Positions 29,248-32,000 of a stretch of DNA of 32,000 nucleotides are shown one piece after another (within the stretch, counting starts at the first letter, position 1; each line of letters begins with the position of its first letter). The stretch lies in assembly GCF_900187275.1 (NCBI RefSeq), contig NZ_LT906458.1, positions 1,950,001-1,982,000 on the forward strand, given 5' to 3'. Position numbers and translations under genes: made by a program. Source of the DNA: Pasteurella multocida (lineage in GTDB: Bacteria > Pseudomonadota > Gammaproteobacteria > Enterobacterales > Pasteurellaceae). The notes under the pieces are model-generated. The model searched no databases. It was given only the letters and a program-made list of their open reading frames with translations, and was not told where the DNA came from.

Positions 29248-29850
29248 ATGACAGATTTTCAATTTTATCTTGCCTCTAACAGCCCACGCCGAGCGCAAAT
29301 TTTACAACAGTTAGGTTTTCGCTTTGCTTTGTGTTGTTGCGAGATTGATGAAACCCCGTTGCCTGATGAAAAAGGTGCTGATTATGTATTGCGTATGGCA
29401 ATCGAAAAAAACAACGCCGCACGCCAACAGTGGCAACAGGCAAAATTTTCGCAAAATAGACCGCACTTGCCTTTCCTTTCCGCCGACACATCGGTGATTT
29501 TAGGGGATAAAATTTTAGGTAAACCTAAAAATGAAGCTGACGCGAGAGCGATGTTGCGAGCCTTATCGGCGAGAACACATCAAGTGATCACAGCAGTATG
29601 TGTGGCAGATGAAAACCGAATGCAAACGGTGATACAAACGAGCCACGTGCGTTTTAAAGTGCTGACGGAAAAGGAAATTCAAGGCTACATAGCCACTGGT
29701 GAGCCGATGGATAAAGCTGGTGCCTATGGTATTCAACAACTTGGTGGCGTTTTTGTTGAACACATTGAGGGCAGTTTTAGCGGGGTGATGGGGTTGCCGG
29801 TGTGTGAAACGGTGGCATTGTTGAAAGCCTTTGGGGTAGAATTGTTTTAA
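29248..29850 (+). CDS. maf: Maf-like nucleoside triphosphate pyrophosphatase (YhdE-type)
   Basis: 200 aa; LASNSPRRAQILQQLG, SADTSVILGDKILGKP, TGEPMDKAGAYGIQ. Confidence 0.93.
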   Translation: MTDFQFYLASNSPRRAQILQQLGFRFALCCCEIDETPLPDEKGADYVLRMAIEKNNAARQQWQQAKFSQNRPHLPFLSADTSVILGDKILGKPKNEADARAMLRALSARTHQVITAVCVADENRMQTVIQTSHVRFKVLTEKEIQGYIATGEPMDKAGAYGIQQLGGVFVEHIEGSFSGVMGLPVCETVALLKAFGVELF

Positions 29851-29867
29851 TTTCATTGAGGAACACC

Positions 29868-30425
29868 ATGAGCGAACGCCTTTTTCAACACAAAAAACAA
29901 CAAGAACATTGCCCTCGTTGCGATGCTGTATTACAGCTGAAGCAAGGAAAAAAAGGGTTGTTTTTGGGCTGTTCGGCGTATCCAGCATGTGATTATATTA
30001 AGCCACTTTCATTTCAATCAGAAAGTAAAATCATTAAAGTCTTAGAGGAAACCTGTCCTGAATGCCGACATCCTTTGGTATTGAAACAAGGGCATTTTGG
30101 CATGTTTATTGGTTGTAGCCACTATCCAGAATGCCATTTTGTGGTGCATGACGAACCCGAGGAACAAGCAGAAGAAACGATCCCTTGTCCCGATTGCCAA
30201 CAAGGCGGATTGGTGGCTCGTCGTGGTCGTCAGGGCAAAGTCTTTTATGGCTGTGATCGCTTTCCTCATTGCAAATTTACCTTAGCGGCTAAGCCCTATT
30301 TGGTCGCCTGTCCAGCGTGTGGGAGTTCAGTTTGTACCTTGAAAAAAGAAACGGACACTCAGCGCACTTTTCAATGTGCGAACAAACGTTGTCGCCATAT
30401 TTTTAACTCGGAAATCACATCTTAA
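29868..30425 (+). CDS. yrdD: Topoisomerase I-type zinc-finger protein (YrdD-like)
   Basis: ORF 29856..30425; repeated CxxC...GxFxGCSxYPxC modules (CPRC...[12 protein letters not shown]...[12 protein letters not shown]...[12 protein letters not shown]...C). Confidence 0.85.
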   Translation: MSERLFQHKKQQEHCPRCDAVLQLKQGKKGLFLGCSAYPACDYIKPLSFQSESKIIKVLEETCPECRHPLVLKQGHFGMFIGCSHYPECHFVVHDEPEEQAEETIPCPDCQQGGLVARRGRQGKVFYGCDRFPHCKFTLAAKPYLVACPACGSSVCTLKKETDTQRTFQCANKRCRHIFNSEITS

Positions 30426-30976
30426 TGAACATTCAACAAATCGTCGAACAACTTAAACAAAATGAAGTCGTCGCCTATCCGACCGAAGCGGTCTTTGGTT
30501 TAGGTTGTAATCCCAATAGCGAAAGTGCGGTGCAAAAATTATTGGTGTTGAAACAACGCCCCGTCGAAAAAGGGCTGATTTTAGTCGCGCCTTGTTTGGA
30601 CTATTTCTTGCCCTTTATAGACACCACAGCATTTAGCCAAGCCGATTGGGATCGTTTACAGGCTAAATATGATCGCCCTACGACGTGGGTTGTGCCAGCG
30701 AAAACGACGACGCCCAAATTTTTAACAGGACAGTTTGACAGCATTGCGGTGCGTTTATGTGATCATCCGGCTGTGAAACAGCTGTGCGAACAAGCCGGTT
30801 TTGCGTTGACTTCAACCAGTGCCAATTTGACGACTTTGCCACCTTGTCGTACGGCAGAAGAAGTCAAAACACAATTCGGGGCGGATTTTCCGGTATTGGA
30901 TTTGCCTGTGGGAGAAGCAACCAATCCTTCTGAAATTCGTGATCTTTTTACTCATCAACTGTTTAGACAAGGTTAA
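30425..30976 (+). CDS. tsaC: Threonylcarbamoyl-AMP synthase (Sua5/YciO/YrdC family)
   Basis: 183 aa; [43 protein letters not shown]. Confidence 0.93.
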   Translation: MNIQQIVEQLKQNEVVAYPTEAVFGLGCNPNSESAVQKLLVLKQRPVEKGLILVAPCLDYFLPFIDTTAFSQADWDRLQAKYDRPTTWVVPAKTTTPKFLTGQFDSIAVRLCDHPAVKQLCEQAGFALTSTSANLTTLPPCRTAEEVKTQFGADFPVLDLPVGEATNPSEIRDLFTHQLFRQG

Positions 30977-31789
<813 letters not shown>

Positions 31790-31795
31790 AAAAAC

Positions 31796-31838
31796 TGCAA
31801 AAAAACACCGCACTTTTATACAAAGGCGGTGGTTTTTT
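31796..31838 (+). terminator. Probable terminator of the maf-aroE run; its left side contains a USS
   Basis: AAAAAAACACCGC...GCGGTGGTTTTTT stem with one mismatch; USS ACCGCACTT at 31807-31815. Confidence 0.6.
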
Positions 31839-31853
31839 GTTGCCAAGCGGGGA

Positions 31854-32000
31854 TTAGAGACCCGGCGCTTTCCACAGCGAAGTGGTTAATCCGCTATCAA
31901 CCAGCTGTAACTGTTTGGCATAGACATCAGCCCATTTTGCTTTATGTTTCTGATAAAGTTGATAATTCTCTGGATTCGGTTGGTGTTGACGTTCAAATTT
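31854..32000 (-). CDS. lsrK: Autoinducer-2 kinase LsrK-like FGGY kinase, C-terminal 48 residues only
   Basis: Minus-strand frame from the window edge: [48 protein letters not shown]; [10 protein letters not shown] ending resembles LsrK. Confidence 0.65.
   Translation of the reverse strand, partial: KFERQHQPNPENYQLYQKHKAKWADVYAKQLQLVDSGLTTSLWKAPGL

Overview
Chromosomal window from a Pasteurellaceae genome, most likely Pasteurella or a close relative. This rests on gene content and gene order and on many copies of the 9-bp DNA uptake signal core AAGTGCGGT/ACCGCACTT. From left to right: pldB (partial), asd, tktA, and a HAD/Cof phosphatase. Next comes a 12.7-kb minus-strand carbohydrate operon: sgbE/ulaF, sgbU/ulaE, sgbH/ulaD, an L-xylulokinase-like FGGY kinase, an SMP-30/gluconolactonase, a three-gene sugar ABC transporter, the YiaMNO-type TRAP transporter, yiaL and yiaK. 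It is divergent from a yiaJ-like IclR regulator that carries an in-frame stop codon. These are followed by a UPF0114/YqhA protein, the thiamin salvage genes thiMDE with an MFS transporter (thiU-like), a thiXYZ/tenA operon behind a TPP riboswitch, rmuC, maf, a topoisomerase-type zinc-finger protein (yrdD-like), tsaC and aroE, and the 3' end of an lsrK-like AI-2 kinase. I found no CRISPR array, defence island, prophage, rRNA or tRNA. The best leads are (1) the TAA codon that splits the yiaJ-like regulator, (2) the ABC transporter and lactonase block inserted into the yia/sgb operon, with a USS at three junctions and USS-containing hairpins at the two outer edges, (3) a compact bidirectional CRP/IclR-like control region, and (4) a 0.45-kb non-coding region with two long perfect palindromes between thiY and thiM. 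None of this clearly amounts to a wholly new biological system.
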